Source: Acaryochloris marina S15
GTDB lineage: Bacteria; Cyanobacteriota; Cyanobacteriia; Thermosynechococcales; Thermosynechococcaceae
Assembly (NCBI RefSeq): GCF_018336915.1
Contig: NZ_CP064923.1
Span: forward strand, 1,396,818 to 1,420,817
Direction of reading: 5' to 3'
DNA: 24,000 bases
Of this stretch, positions 6,846 to 15,415 are shown one piece after another (position 1 is the stretch's first letter; every line of letters starts with the position of its first letter). The notes below the pieces were generated by a model, which saw only the letters and a list, made by a program, of their open reading frames with translations, made no database searches and was not told where the DNA came from. The position numbers and the translations under genes are program-made.

Positions 6846-7664
6846 TCAATGGGTCCCCGGTCGAAATAGATGTCGATGTTCAGGATGATACAGCCGTGAT
6901 CTCGCTTGAGAATGAGTGGCCTGCAATGCTGGACTGATTAAGTAGAGGGTCGTCCGAATCAACTCATGGTCTTCAGTTGCCTTTGCCATCTCAGATAACG
7001 GCACAACCCACATTTGTTCATCGGGCCACCCTAAGCGAAAGCCGATGGCTACAGGGGTATCCGGTTCATAATGAGCCAGCAATTTTTGTTGAGCCTGGTC
7101 TACATGGCGGGCACTGAGATACAAACAAAGGCTGGCTTTGTGAGCTGCTAAACTGGCAAGCTCTTCTGCTTGCGGAACTTGAGTTCGGCCACTAATACGC
7201 GTCAAAATAATCGTCTGTACCAGTTCGGGTACGGTGAGTTCCACCTGCAATTTAGCTGCAGCAAGCTGGAATGCACTAATACCAGGGATAATTTCGAAGG
7301 GAATATCTGCTTCTGCCAAAGCCTGTATTTGCTCGTGAACAGCCCCATACAGACAGGGATCGCCTGAGTGGAGTCGAACGACTGAAAGATGCGATCGTAC
7401 CTTCTCAATCATCATCGGAACGATATCTTCGAGGGTCTTGGTCGCGGTGGGGATCAATTCTGCTCCGTCATGGCATAGACTCAGCATTTCCTTAGGCACC
7501 AGAGAATTGGCATAAACCACTACATCTGCCTGTTGGATAATGCGCTGAGCCTTAACGGTGAGTAGCTCAGGATCTCCTGGTCCCGCTCCTACGATATAAA
7601 CGGCTGGTAATAGGGACTTGCTGGACGTAGGTTGCTCAAGAAGCTCAGGAGAAGGGGGAGTCAT
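6846..7664 (-). CDS. cobM: (Cobalt-)precorrin-4 C11-methyltransferase (CobM/CbiF)
   Basis: 272 aa of the tetrapyrrole methylase family. Motifs: VYIVGAGPGDPELLTVKA, ADVVVYANSLV, RLHSGDPCLYGA, PGISAF. Confidence 0.88.
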   Translation of the reverse strand: MTPPSPELLEQPTSSKSLLPAVYIVGAGPGDPELLTVKAQRIIQQADVVVYANSLVPKEMLSLCHDGAELIPTATKTLEDIVPMMIEKVRSHLSVVRLHSGDPCLYGAVHEQIQALAEADIPFEIIPGISAFQLAAAKLQVELTVPELVQTIILTRISGRTQVPQAEELASLAAHKASLCLYLSARHVDQAQQKLLAHYEPDTPVAIGFRLGWPDEQMWVVPLSEMAKATEDHELIRTTLYLISPALQATHSQARSRLYHPEHRHLFRPGTH

Positions 7665-7717
7665 AGGATTTCAATTCAACTTAAATATCAATGAAAAAAC
7701 AGAGCTGCAGTATCCCA

Positions 7718-8554
7718 TTAAGAGGCCTGCTTAGTATCCGGCAAACTACGCTTTAGCAAATACAACCAGCTCAAGCCGAGAAGGCCAATACCAATGCCAA
7801 TCAAGCTCACGACTTGAGCAATTCTTAAGGGCCCAAGCATTAAACTATCCGTCCGCAATCCCTCAATCCACAGCCGACCCAGGCTATAGGTCACCGCATA
7901 GACCAGAAAGAGCGTGCCTTTTTTGGCTTTAGGGAACCTAAAAAACAATGCCAGCAAGATTCCCAGTACCATCAGATTCCATACCGATTCATAGAGGAAG
8001 GTGGGGTGAAAGTAGGCTGAATTTCGATAGGCAAGTGGACGGCGTCCTGTTGGAATGAACAGCTTCCAAGGCAGATCAGTGGGATCACCAAAGGCTTCTG
8101 AATTAAAGAAATTCCCCCAACGGCCGATGGCTTGCCCCAAGATTAAAGACGGAGCCACCAGGTCCGCTAATTGCCAGAAAGAAACTTTATTCAGACGACT
8201 AAAAATCGTGGCCGCCAACATGCCGCCGAGGATGGCGCCATGAATAGCAATTCCCCCGCGCCAAATAGTGGCCACCTGATCCAAATGTTGACTGTAGTAC
8301 TCCCATTGGAACAGGACATAGTAAAGACGGGCACAAGGGATGGCTCCTATGACCAGCCACATTACCAAATCACTGATGACATCTGGCTTAATCCGACGGT
8401 ACGTAGCCAAATGCTGCGAGAGTTGTAATCCCAAAACGATCGCAGCTGCAATCAGGACGCCATACCATCGGATTACCACAGAACCAATCCGGAAGATTTC
8501 TGGTCCAGGAGAGGTGAAAACGGCCCAATAGGTTGGCGGCAAATTAACGAACAT
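7718..8554 (-). CDS. lgt: Prolipoprotein diacylglyceryl transferase
   Basis: 278 aa polytopic membrane protein. Motifs: [49 protein letters not shown]. Confidence 0.93.
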   Translation of the reverse strand: MFVNLPPTYWAVFTSPGPEIFRIGSVVIRWYGVLIAAAIVLGLQLSQHLATYRRIKPDVISDLVMWLVIGAIPCARLYYVLFQWEYYSQHLDQVATIWRGGIAIHGAILGGMLAATIFSRLNKVSFWQLADLVAPSLILGQAIGRWGNFFNSEAFGDPTDLPWKLFIPTGRRPLAYRNSAYFHPTFLYESVWNLMVLGILLALFFRFPKAKKGTLFLVYAVTYSLGRLWIEGLRTDSLMLGPLRIAQVVSLIGIGIGLLGLSWLYLLKRSLPDTKQAS

Positions 8555-8689
8555 GGTTAATACACAGGCATGGATTCATCAGGAGCTTTAGCCCCAGTGC
8601 ATAGTATCGCACCCCATGCTTAAGAACCGTCGTATTGATGCGTAGGTTCATATGGAAAAAAAGGAAGGTATGGCATTGGTCCTGCCTGG

Positions 8690-8932
8690 TTACTCAGCCG
8701 ATTGCGCTTGCTCCAGTAAAGATTGCCAGCCTGGTTTCCATAACCCTCGATTTTTCAAGGCTTTGGCATTCACCCAAAATCGAACCGTTTCGTCACAAGC
8801 AGCAACTAACTCAGCAAAAACCAGAGAACCTTCATTCTTGCGATTGACAACCCGAAAATGTCGCCAACCAAAGGTTGAAGATTGAGCGGTCCATTTGGAG
8901 CCAATCAAATGAGGGTGTTTCTGTTTTTTCAC
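8690..8932 (-). CDS. Small Trp-rich conserved protein (TIGR02450-like)
   Basis: 80 aa with the pattern SKWTA....GWRHF.V... and several spaced Trp residues, as I recall for the TIGR02450 family. The two plus-strand ORFs overlapping it look like antisense artefacts. Confidence 0.55.
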   Translation of the reverse strand: MKKQKHPHLIGSKWTAQSSTFGWRHFRVVNRKNEGSLVFAELVAACDETVRFWVNAKALKNRGLWKPGWQSLLEQAQSAE

Positions 8933-8986
8933 AATCAGACGTCACACTTGGTGACAAGTGAATGGAGCGATTAACAATCAATAATT

Positions 8987-10075
8987 CTAAAGAGTGACTG
9001 GAGACGTTAAACCCAGAGCTGCCAGGAGCTGATCAATATTGCAGTGCTGATTGATCATTTCCTGAATACATTCAACTTTAATGCGCTCATGCACTTGGGC
9101 ACGTTTGAAGGCTTTCTCGACGATTTCAACGGTGGTTAGGGTATCTGAATCAACTAACAACACGGGGATCTCTAGATCTTTAGCCCGGTTCAGTACCAAT
9201 TCATTGGGGGGGAAATGCCCGGTCAAAATCAAACAATGGGTAGAAGACTCCAAAGCCGCAAGTTGAAGATCGGTGCGATCGCCTCCTGTCACCACAGCCA
9301 TGTTTCGACCTTTTCGGAAATACTTTAAGGCAGAATTGACATTCATTGCCCCAATGGTTAGCTCTTCCACCATGAGGTTTAAGTAGTCATGACCGCACAG
9401 GATGTCAGCTTGGAGCTGTTGAACCAACTCCGATACACTGACGCTGCGCAGTAAAGCGTTACTAGGCAATACCCCTAAAACAGGGATTTGTTTCGTTTCA
9501 AGGAAAGATTGCACTGTTGATTGCAATAGTTGTTGTTGTTCAACGCTCACATCGTTGAAAATGACGCCCACCAAACGATTACCAAGGGTGGCCTTCGCAT
9601 TGAGCACAGCATCAATCATGGCGAGATTGTGAAAGCGGCTCACTAACACGACTTCTGCATCTAGTGCTTGAGCCATTTGAGGTAAAGATACGTCAAATAG
9701 ATATCCTTCTGAAAGAGAGCCAGGACCTTCTAAAATCACAAGGTCAACATCATCTTTCTTTTCTAACTGATGTAGTTGTTCTACATAGTTAGTCGCATCT
9801 CCATCTTCAAGCTGTTGCTGAATATGTTGAGGATGAATAGATAACAGGGTAGGGTAAACCTGCTCTGGCGTGAGCCCGAGGGTTTCAGCAATGAATTTAA
9901 CATCAATGTCCAGTCCGTCATCGGCCAATCCCTCAGCGTACGTGCCGATAGGTTTAGCGTAGGCCAATCGGTATCCCTTACTGATCAGAGATTGAGCAAG
10001 GCCCAGAATGGCAGCTGACTTACCACTGAATGCTTCAATGGAACCAATCAGCAGATGTTTTGACGCCTTTTGCAC
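8987..10075 (-). CDS. Phosphotransacetylase-family protein: an N-terminal DTBS/CobQ-like P-loop domain plus a DRTGG domain, with no PTA catalytic domain
   Basis: 362 aa. The N-terminus IGSIEAFSGKSAAILGLAQ is P-loop-like. The central and C-terminal part, MAVVTGGDRTDLQLAALES..CLILTG, is the DRTGG signature. Confidence 0.7.
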   Translation of the reverse strand: MQKASKHLLIGSIEAFSGKSAAILGLAQSLISKGYRLAYAKPIGTYAEGLADDGLDIDVKFIAETLGLTPEQVYPTLLSIHPQHIQQQLEDGDATNYVEQLHQLEKKDDVDLVILEGPGSLSEGYLFDVSLPQMAQALDAEVVLVSRFHNLAMIDAVLNAKATLGNRLVGVIFNDVSVEQQQLLQSTVQSFLETKQIPVLGVLPSNALLRSVSVSELVQQLQADILCGHDYLNLMVEELTIGAMNVNSALKYFRKGRNMAVVTGGDRTDLQLAALESSTHCLILTGHFPPNELVLNRAKDLEIPVLLVDSDTLTTVEIVEKAFKRAQVHERIKVECIQEMINQHCNIDQLLAALGLTSPVTL

Positions 10076-10101
10076 TCCGAGAACTCCTCATGGATTAGGG
10101 G

Positions 10102-10482
10102 TTAATCATCTAGCTTTAACAGCTTACGATAGAAAGTCTTGGGAAAATCAGCAACTTTAGTGCGTCGGTAGTTGGTAATGACTTCGATTAAAAAACCAAT
10201 AAATTCGAAATTCGTAATCGTGAGTTCGTAATTTAAGTCCCCGTCATTATCAAACTGGATGCGGCAACGGGTTAGGTCTGCAGGCAATTTAGAAACATTC
10301 CATGTCGCCACAAAGGGAATATTGCTTCCCCCTTCGATGCCCCGTTGCCCTTCTAAGTTGTTATTTTGATAAAGCGAGATCGCCAAAGGTAGTAAATCTC
10401 TTTTACCGCCTTGGTAATAGGGCAGGTAGACATTGACGTCTCGTGGGGTAGCAGGTTGAATAGCATCTAAAACTTGGGTCAT
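10102..10482 (-). CDS. Hypothetical protein, 126 aa, family not recognised
   Basis: A clean ORF lying 26 nt upstream of the DRTGG gene on the same strand. Its composition looks coding. I recognise no motif. Confidence 0.6.
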   Translation of the reverse strand: MTQVLDAIQPATPRDVNVYLPYYQGGKRDLLPLAISLYQNNNLEGQRGIEGGSNIPFVATWNVSKLPADLTRCRIQFDNDGDLNYELTITNFEFIGFLIEVITNYRRTKVADFPKTFYRKLLKLDD

Positions 10483-10727
10483 CTAACAACGTCCTCATTG
10501 ACCGATCAATCAATAAACCTCATGTATGAAGTATGGGCAAGTCCGTGACGAATTTTACTGTTTGACCTGAATTTTTCTGCTTTTCTCCCAAAATGCTTCC
10601 CCTTCTTGAGAAGCCAGAAGGTCAAGCACACCAAATATATAAAGATATATATACAGTTTATGGTATACGTGGTGGGTAGAACCAATGGACCTCTGCCGGT
10701 AAAGTTGCTTAGCTGGAACAGAAGATT

Positions 10728-11702
10728 ATGGCTCCCCTAGTTGCAAATTACTATCTGACCTACCGCTGTAATGCACGATGTCATTTCTGTGATATCTGGG
10801 CATTAGATCCAGGTAAGGAAGCAGATTTCGATACGATCGAGCATAATCTAGAGGATTTAAAGCGCCTGGGAGTCAAATACGTTGACTTTACAGGGGGAGA
10901 ACCTCTTTTAAGAGCAGATGTTGGCGAAATCTACCAGACTGCCAAGCAGCTTGGTTTTTACACCAGCATGACCACCAACACCATCCTCTATTTAAAAAAA
11001 GCCCATGAAGTCAGAGGGCTAGTCGACTTCCTCAATTTCTCACTGGATGGTCCAGATGCAGAAACTCATGATCACTCAAGAGGGGTCAAGATTTTTGACA
11101 ATTTAGTCGAGTCGGTCAAGTTAGCTCTGGAGCTAGGTGAATATCCAGTTCTTAACCATACGGTGACGGCTCAGAACTACGAGCGAATTCATGAGGTGGC
11201 TGAATTAGGTGCGCGCCTGGGTGTCAGAGTATGGCTGAATCCAGCATTCACCGCTTACGCGAACTATAACAATCGGAAAAATCCAACCCCTGCCATTGTC
11301 GAAGCGATTGAATCGAGTGGTAGAAAGTACCGAAATCTGGGCTACAACAAAGCAGCTTTAGAGTTCATCCGGGCTGGGGGGAATGATACCCAAAACCCAA
11401 GGTGTAAAGCGGTTGATGCAGTGATCGCTATTTCTCCAAATGACGAGTTGCTGCTTCCTTGCTACCATTTCGCTCAAACAGGCGTACCAATAGAAGGCAA
11501 ACTGTACGATATGTACCGACAATCCGAAATTGTCGAAGAATATCGTCAATCCCAAGGTCAACTGAAGGTATGTGAAGGGTGTACAGTCTGGTGTTATCTC
11601 ATTCCCAGTTTCTTCCAAGGCGTTGATAAATATTGGGTCCTAAACCAAGTAAGTTATGTCGGAGAATTCCTGGCCAGAAAACGATTCTTGCAACATGTCT
11701 AA
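10728..11702 (+). CDS. Radical SAM enzyme with a C-terminal Cys-rich (SPASM/twitch-like) region
   Basis: 324 aa. The N-terminal motif is YRCNARCHFCDIW, i.e. CxxxCxxC, at 10767-10790. A GGEPLL glycine-rich SAM motif is present. C-terminal cysteines are RCKAV, LPCYHF and CEGCTVWC (Cx2Cx3C). Confidence 0.85.
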   Translation: MAPLVANYYLTYRCNARCHFCDIWALDPGKEADFDTIEHNLEDLKRLGVKYVDFTGGEPLLRADVGEIYQTAKQLGFYTSMTTNTILYLKKAHEVRGLVDFLNFSLDGPDAETHDHSRGVKIFDNLVESVKLALELGEYPVLNHTVTAQNYERIHEVAELGARLGVRVWLNPAFTAYANYNNRKNPTPAIVEAIESSGRKYRNLGYNKAALEFIRAGGNDTQNPRCKAVDAVIAISPNDELLLPCYHFAQTGVPIEGKLYDMYRQSEIVEEYRQSQGQLKVCEGCTVWCYLIPSFFQGVDKYWVLNQVSYVGEFLARKRFLQHV

Positions 11703-13077
11703 CGTGAAATCTCCTTGGCCAGAAGACTCGGAACTCCCACAGCTTTCTGATGTGGAAATTGATTACCCCGAAGGTGAAGGTCGGCGACGCAAAGCGGCTT
11801 TGATGCTCGCCTTAATCTGGAGTTGTACGATTTCTCTGCACCTGTTTTCAGTCGGTTTCTGGGCTGTTTGTTGCCTGACAACCATTATTAGTATGCACTG
11901 GCTGCGGATGATTCGGGCGTCTGCACTGCCTACTGTAGAGCCATTAAGTTTAGACAAAGCTGAAACTGAATATCCCTTTGTATCGCTTTTAGTATCGGCA
12001 AAAAATGAAGAAGCAGTCTTAGGGGCTCTAGTTAAAACCCTCTGTAAACTAGACTATCCTGCCGAACGGTATGAAGTATGGATTGTCGATGATAACAGTA
12101 CTGATAAGACACCAGACGTTCTGGCACAATTGTCTGAAGAGTATTCTCAACTCCATGTGCTGCGACGATCGGCAGAAGATGGGGGCGGAAAGTCAGGTGC
12201 CTTGAATCAGGTTTTGCCCTTGACCCAAGGCGACATTATTGGGGTTTTTGATGCAGATGCTCAGGTCTCTGCTGATCTACTCTGTCGAGTTTTACCTCTG
12301 TTTGATGATCAGCAGATGGGCGCGGTCCAAGTTCGTAAACAGATTGCGAACGCTGATACAAATTTTTGGACCCGAGGTCAGTCCGCTGAAATGGGATTAG
12401 ACCTGTATCTTCAACAGCAACGGATTGCAGTGGGAGGAGTGGGTGAGCTTCGAGGTAATGGTCAATTTGTCCGTCGCCAAGCGTTGGCCAGTTGTGGCGG
12501 TTGGAATGAGGCGACTATTACCGATGATTTGGATTTGACCTTCCGCTTACATCTGAATCATTGGGATATCGGTATTTTGCCTCTGCCTGCTGTGCGAGAG
12601 GAAGGGGTGACCCGGGCTGTCGCCCTTTGGCATCAACGGAATCGTTGGGCAGAAGGAGGATATCAACGGTATTTAGATTATTGGCCCTTAATTATTCGTA
12701 ACCGCTTAGGGCCCCGTAAAACCTTTGATTTAGTCGTGTTTTGGTTTGCTCAGTATGTCCTTCCCACTGCGGCTGTGCCTGACTTGGTGATGGCCACAGC
12801 CCGCAATCAGCTTCCTTTGTTAATGCCGATGACCAGTGTGACTATGTTGTTGTCCTTGGTGGGGATGTGGAATGGGTTAGATCGCATTCGTAGAGCTGAA
12901 CAAGTTGCCCCTTCACCGTTTGTGATGTTCTTACAAACGGTAAGAGGGACTCTATATACTTGCCATTGGTTTTTGGTGATGGCCTGTGTCACGGCCCGGA
13001 TGTCCATTCGACCAAAACGCTTGAAATGGGTAAAAACCCTTCGTCAGGATGACTACCAGATTTATGTACCTGATTAG
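11656..13077 (+). CDS. Membrane-bound family 2 glycosyltransferase (D, DxD, QxxRW type). Its size and architecture are compatible with a lipid or processive hexosyltransferase such as MgdA, but this is unproven.
   Basis: 473 aa from the ATG at 11656. An alternative ATG at 11695 overlaps the radical-SAM stop in ATGTCTAA. TM segments flank a GT-A domain: VSLLVSAKNEE, VWIVDDNSTD, GKSGALN, VFDADA, ITDDLDL, WHQRNRWAEGG. Confidence 0.85.
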   Translation: MSENSWPENDSCNMSNVKSPWPEDSELPQLSDVEIDYPEGEGRRRKAALMLALIWSCTISLHLFSVGFWAVCCLTTIISMHWLRMIRASALPTVEPLSLDKAETEYPFVSLLVSAKNEEAVLGALVKTLCKLDYPAERYEVWIVDDNSTDKTPDVLAQLSEEYSQLHVLRRSAEDGGGKSGALNQVLPLTQGDIIGVFDADAQVSADLLCRVLPLFDDQQMGAVQVRKQIANADTNFWTRGQSAEMGLDLYLQQQRIAVGGVGELRGNGQFVRRQALASCGGWNEATITDDLDLTFRLHLNHWDIGILPLPAVREEGVTRAVALWHQRNRWAEGGYQRYLDYWPLIIRNRLGPRKTFDLVVFWFAQYVLPTAAVPDLVMATARNQLPLLMPMTSVTMLLSLVGMWNGLDRIRRAEQVAPSPFVMFLQTVRGTLYTCHWFLVMACVTARMSIRPKRLKWVKTLRQDDYQIYVPD

Positions 13078-13249
13078 CTGAGGCAGTTCGAGGGGTTTGA
13101 TTGAATGCCGCTCTTATCACTGAGTCCGATTAGGTAAGCGTCTTTCAGCTTCCATAAGCCTACGTAACCCGAACATAGGTTAAGTCCTGTCATAAAAAAA
13201 AATCGAGGCGTCAATAGGCGAATACCTTCAGCAAAAAGGATCAAGCCCA

Positions 13250-13858
13250 TTAAAGAGGGTTTTTGGATGGCAGTAATTTCGCTATCCCTTTTTCTGTGCA
13301 AATAGCCTTTAAGGGTTGGTCCCAAGATTCAGTGGGAAGTTGCTCTAAGAGATCTCGTTCAAAGACAATTCCGATGGTTGGGATATCAGCCCAACTGGGT
13401 GAGGCTAATAAGCGGTCGTAATATCCACCGCCATACCCCAAGCGATACCCGTTGCGATCGCAAGCCACAGCTGGCACCAAAATCAGATCAATCTCATCAG
13501 CCGATAACTCAGGAAAATCTGGATAAGGTTCCCAAATTCCATACTTACCCTTTTGCAGCATTTGGGAGTTTAGGGGATTACAGCGATGCCAAATCAAATG
13601 CTGTCCCACACATCGAGGGAGGCCCCACTCTCGGTCTTGTCCTTGTAAAAACAGCCAGCTTAAATCGGGTTCTTGTCGAAATGTCATATAAGCCAAAACG
13701 GTTTTGGCTTGCCCCCAGAGGGATGAATCTAGTAACTGCTGGCAGAGAGTCTGACTAAAAAGACGCCATTGCTCAACAGGCATCGATTGACGCTGCGTCA
13801 GCAATTGACGTCTCAAAGTATTCTTGTCGAGTTGAGGATTAGAGCCAGAAGACTGCAC
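13250..13858 (-). CDS. 5-formyltetrahydrofolate cyclo-ligase
   Basis: 202 aa. An N-terminal LRRQLL.QR is followed by LAYM.FRQEPDLS and the diagnostic DLILVPAVACDRNGYRLGYGGGYYDR. The GTG start overlaps the upstream gene's TAG by one base (TAGTG). Confidence 0.88.
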   Translation of the reverse strand: MQSSGSNPQLDKNTLRRQLLTQRQSMPVEQWRLFSQTLCQQLLDSSLWGQAKTVLAYMTFRQEPDLSWLFLQGQDREWGLPRCVGQHLIWHRCNPLNSQMLQKGKYGIWEPYPDFPELSADEIDLILVPAVACDRNGYRLGYGGGYYDRLLASPSWADIPTIGIVFERDLLEQLPTESWDQPLKAICTEKGIAKLLPSKNPL

Positions 13859-14568
13859 TAAAACTGGGTTGCCACCAATAAGAACAAACTATCCACTAGC
13901 AGCGTGCCCAATACAGATCCTGAGAAAGCCCACCAACAGAGCTGGTCTTTTTGCCCTGTCCAGGTATCCGGGGGCAGTAAGGGGCGAATACTCATCACAC
14001 AGAGTCCAACCACTAAAACCATCGCCCAAAATTGTCCCCAAGGGGTTTGGGTATGCTCTAAAGCTTTTGGCAATAGTGCCATAGCTTCTGTTTGATCCGT
14101 TTGAATCAAGACTCGCCAGGTGGGCATTAAATCCACCAGGAAGAAATACACATCCGTGACGGTTGAGCCAATCAAAGACCCTAAAAAGAACAGAGAGCCA
14201 ATTTTAAGACGGGAATTGAGTAAGGCCCAAATGGCGATGGGTAAACCAATCGCTTCCATCGGCACGTGCCATAAAGGCTCTGCTCGAAACCAACCCCAAT
14301 AAATTGAGCCGGAGAACCAGGCCAAAGCAAAGCCAAACAGCAAATCACCCCAGATTTGAGTTTTGTCTTGACGCATCAACCCATAACTTCCCAAAAGCCA
14401 CCCTCCTGTGGCCACCAGACTTAGCCATGGCCAAGTCCTCACCAAAGGCGCTTGGATCAGCACAGGTAAGGACACCAAAAACATCGCGGCGCTGAATAGC
14501 ATCCAGCTCTGAAACGTCCCCATGCTTTGAATGGTTTGCCTGAGGGAGCTTTGAAAAGTTTGTTTCAA
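13858..14568 (-). CDS. Integral membrane protein with ~6-7 predicted TM helices, function unknown
   Basis: 236 aa, strongly hydrophobic and Trp-rich (for example WLLGSYGL, FGFALAWFSGSIYWGWF). Its stop is coupled to the 5-FCL start. I did not confidently recall a family. Confidence 0.7.
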   Translation of the reverse strand: MKQTFQSSLRQTIQSMGTFQSWMLFSAAMFLVSLPVLIQAPLVRTWPWLSLVATGGWLLGSYGLMRQDKTQIWGDLLFGFALAWFSGSIYWGWFRAEPLWHVPMEAIGLPIAIWALLNSRLKIGSLFFLGSLIGSTVTDVYFFLVDLMPTWRVLIQTDQTEAMALLPKALEHTQTPWGQFWAMVLVVGLCVMSIRPLLPPDTWTGQKDQLCWWAFSGSVLGTLLVDSLFLLVATQF

Positions 14569-14638
14569 GGATTATTCTCCAGATTTTTTCAAAGTTATAA
14601 AAATGCTAATAATTCAATATGATTGATTAGGCAATAAT

Positions 14639-14658
14639 CGTTAATATTCGTTAATATT
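14639..14658. repeat. Perfect tandem 10-bp direct repeat CGTTAATATT x2 in a divergent promoter region
   Basis: cgttaatatt (14639-14648) is immediately repeated at 14649-14658. The site lies in the AT-rich 240-bp spacer between the membrane-protein gene (-) and dtd (+). Confidence 0.6.
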
Positions 14659-14808
14659 TTGCGTTTATTGAGTCATCCTTAAGGTGGCATGTAATTCAGA
14701 TTAGTGTATCACGGGAAGGTCTGATGGCTGTGCCTTCTACAACCTAGCTACAACTAGCTCTCCTGCTTGAATTACTAATAATTAATTAAACATATCTCCT
14801 CAAATCTA

Positions 14809-15267
14809 ATGCGCATTATTTTGCAAAGAGTTAATGAATCACGGGTCGAAGTTGCGGGTCAAATGATTGGCGAAATTCAAAAAGGTCTCAATTTATTAGT
14901 AGGAATTACCCCTTCTGATACGGAGCAAGAAGTGGCTTGGATGGCCCGTAAATGTTTGGAGCTACGAATCTTTCCCGATTCGTCGGGCAAGCTGTCCCAG
15001 TCTGTCCAAGATATAGAGGGCGAATTACTCGTGATTAGCCAGTTTACATTGTATGGAGATTGTCGGAAGGGGCGGCGGCCTTCCTTCGATCAAGCGGCAC
15101 CCGGTGCCATCGCAGAAAAGATTTATGATCAATTCGTGGCCAAACTGAGAGCCAGCGGTTTACAGGTCGAAACGGGACAGTTTGGCGCCATGATGAATGT
15201 TTATATCGAAAATGATGGTCCTGTAACTTTAATTTTGGAACGAAAGGCTGAAAGGCAAATACCATAA
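14809..15267 (+). CDS. dtd: D-aminoacyl-tRNA deacylase
   Basis: 152 aa. Motifs: [35 protein letters not shown]. Confidence 0.93.
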   Translation: MRIILQRVNESRVEVAGQMIGEIQKGLNLLVGITPSDTEQEVAWMARKCLELRIFPDSSGKLSQSVQDIEGELLVISQFTLYGDCRKGRRPSFDQAAPGAIAEKIYDQFVAKLRASGLQVETGQFGAMMNVYIENDGPVTLILERKAERQIP

Positions 15268-15415
15268 ACCCCCACTATTCTTTGCCCCAAAATAATGCCT
15301 GCTTACAAGCTCAAAAAAGGGGATATTCAAGATAGATGACGTTAGGGATTGCCATTTCTAGCGGAGTTGAGTCAAACTGCCTGTGTGGTAATCAATAGCG
15401 GGTCTCTCCAGAATT

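Noticed and set aside
6734-6937. A 67-aa plus-strand ORF overlapping the 3' end of cobM
   Set aside because: It overlaps the conserved cobM frame by ~90 nt and has no motif or ribosome-binding site, so it is probably spurious.
8635-8885. Two overlapping plus-strand ORFs, 8635-8847 and 8652-8885
   Set aside because: They are antisense to the Trp-rich small protein, whose SKWTA...GWRHF pattern is the better-supported reading. The plus-strand translations look random.
13074-13325. An 83-aa minus-strand ORF between the GT2 gene and the cyclo-ligase
   Set aside because: It overlaps the 3' end of the 5-FCL gene in another frame and spans a convergent intergenic spacer containing an A9 run. There is no supporting signal.
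15268-15415. A possible glmS ribozyme or other riboswitch upstream of glmS
   Set aside because: I saw no glmS-ribozyme-like conserved core. That element is characteristic of Gram-positive bacteria and is not expected in cyanobacteria. The 148-nt spacer looks like an ordinary promoter and leader.
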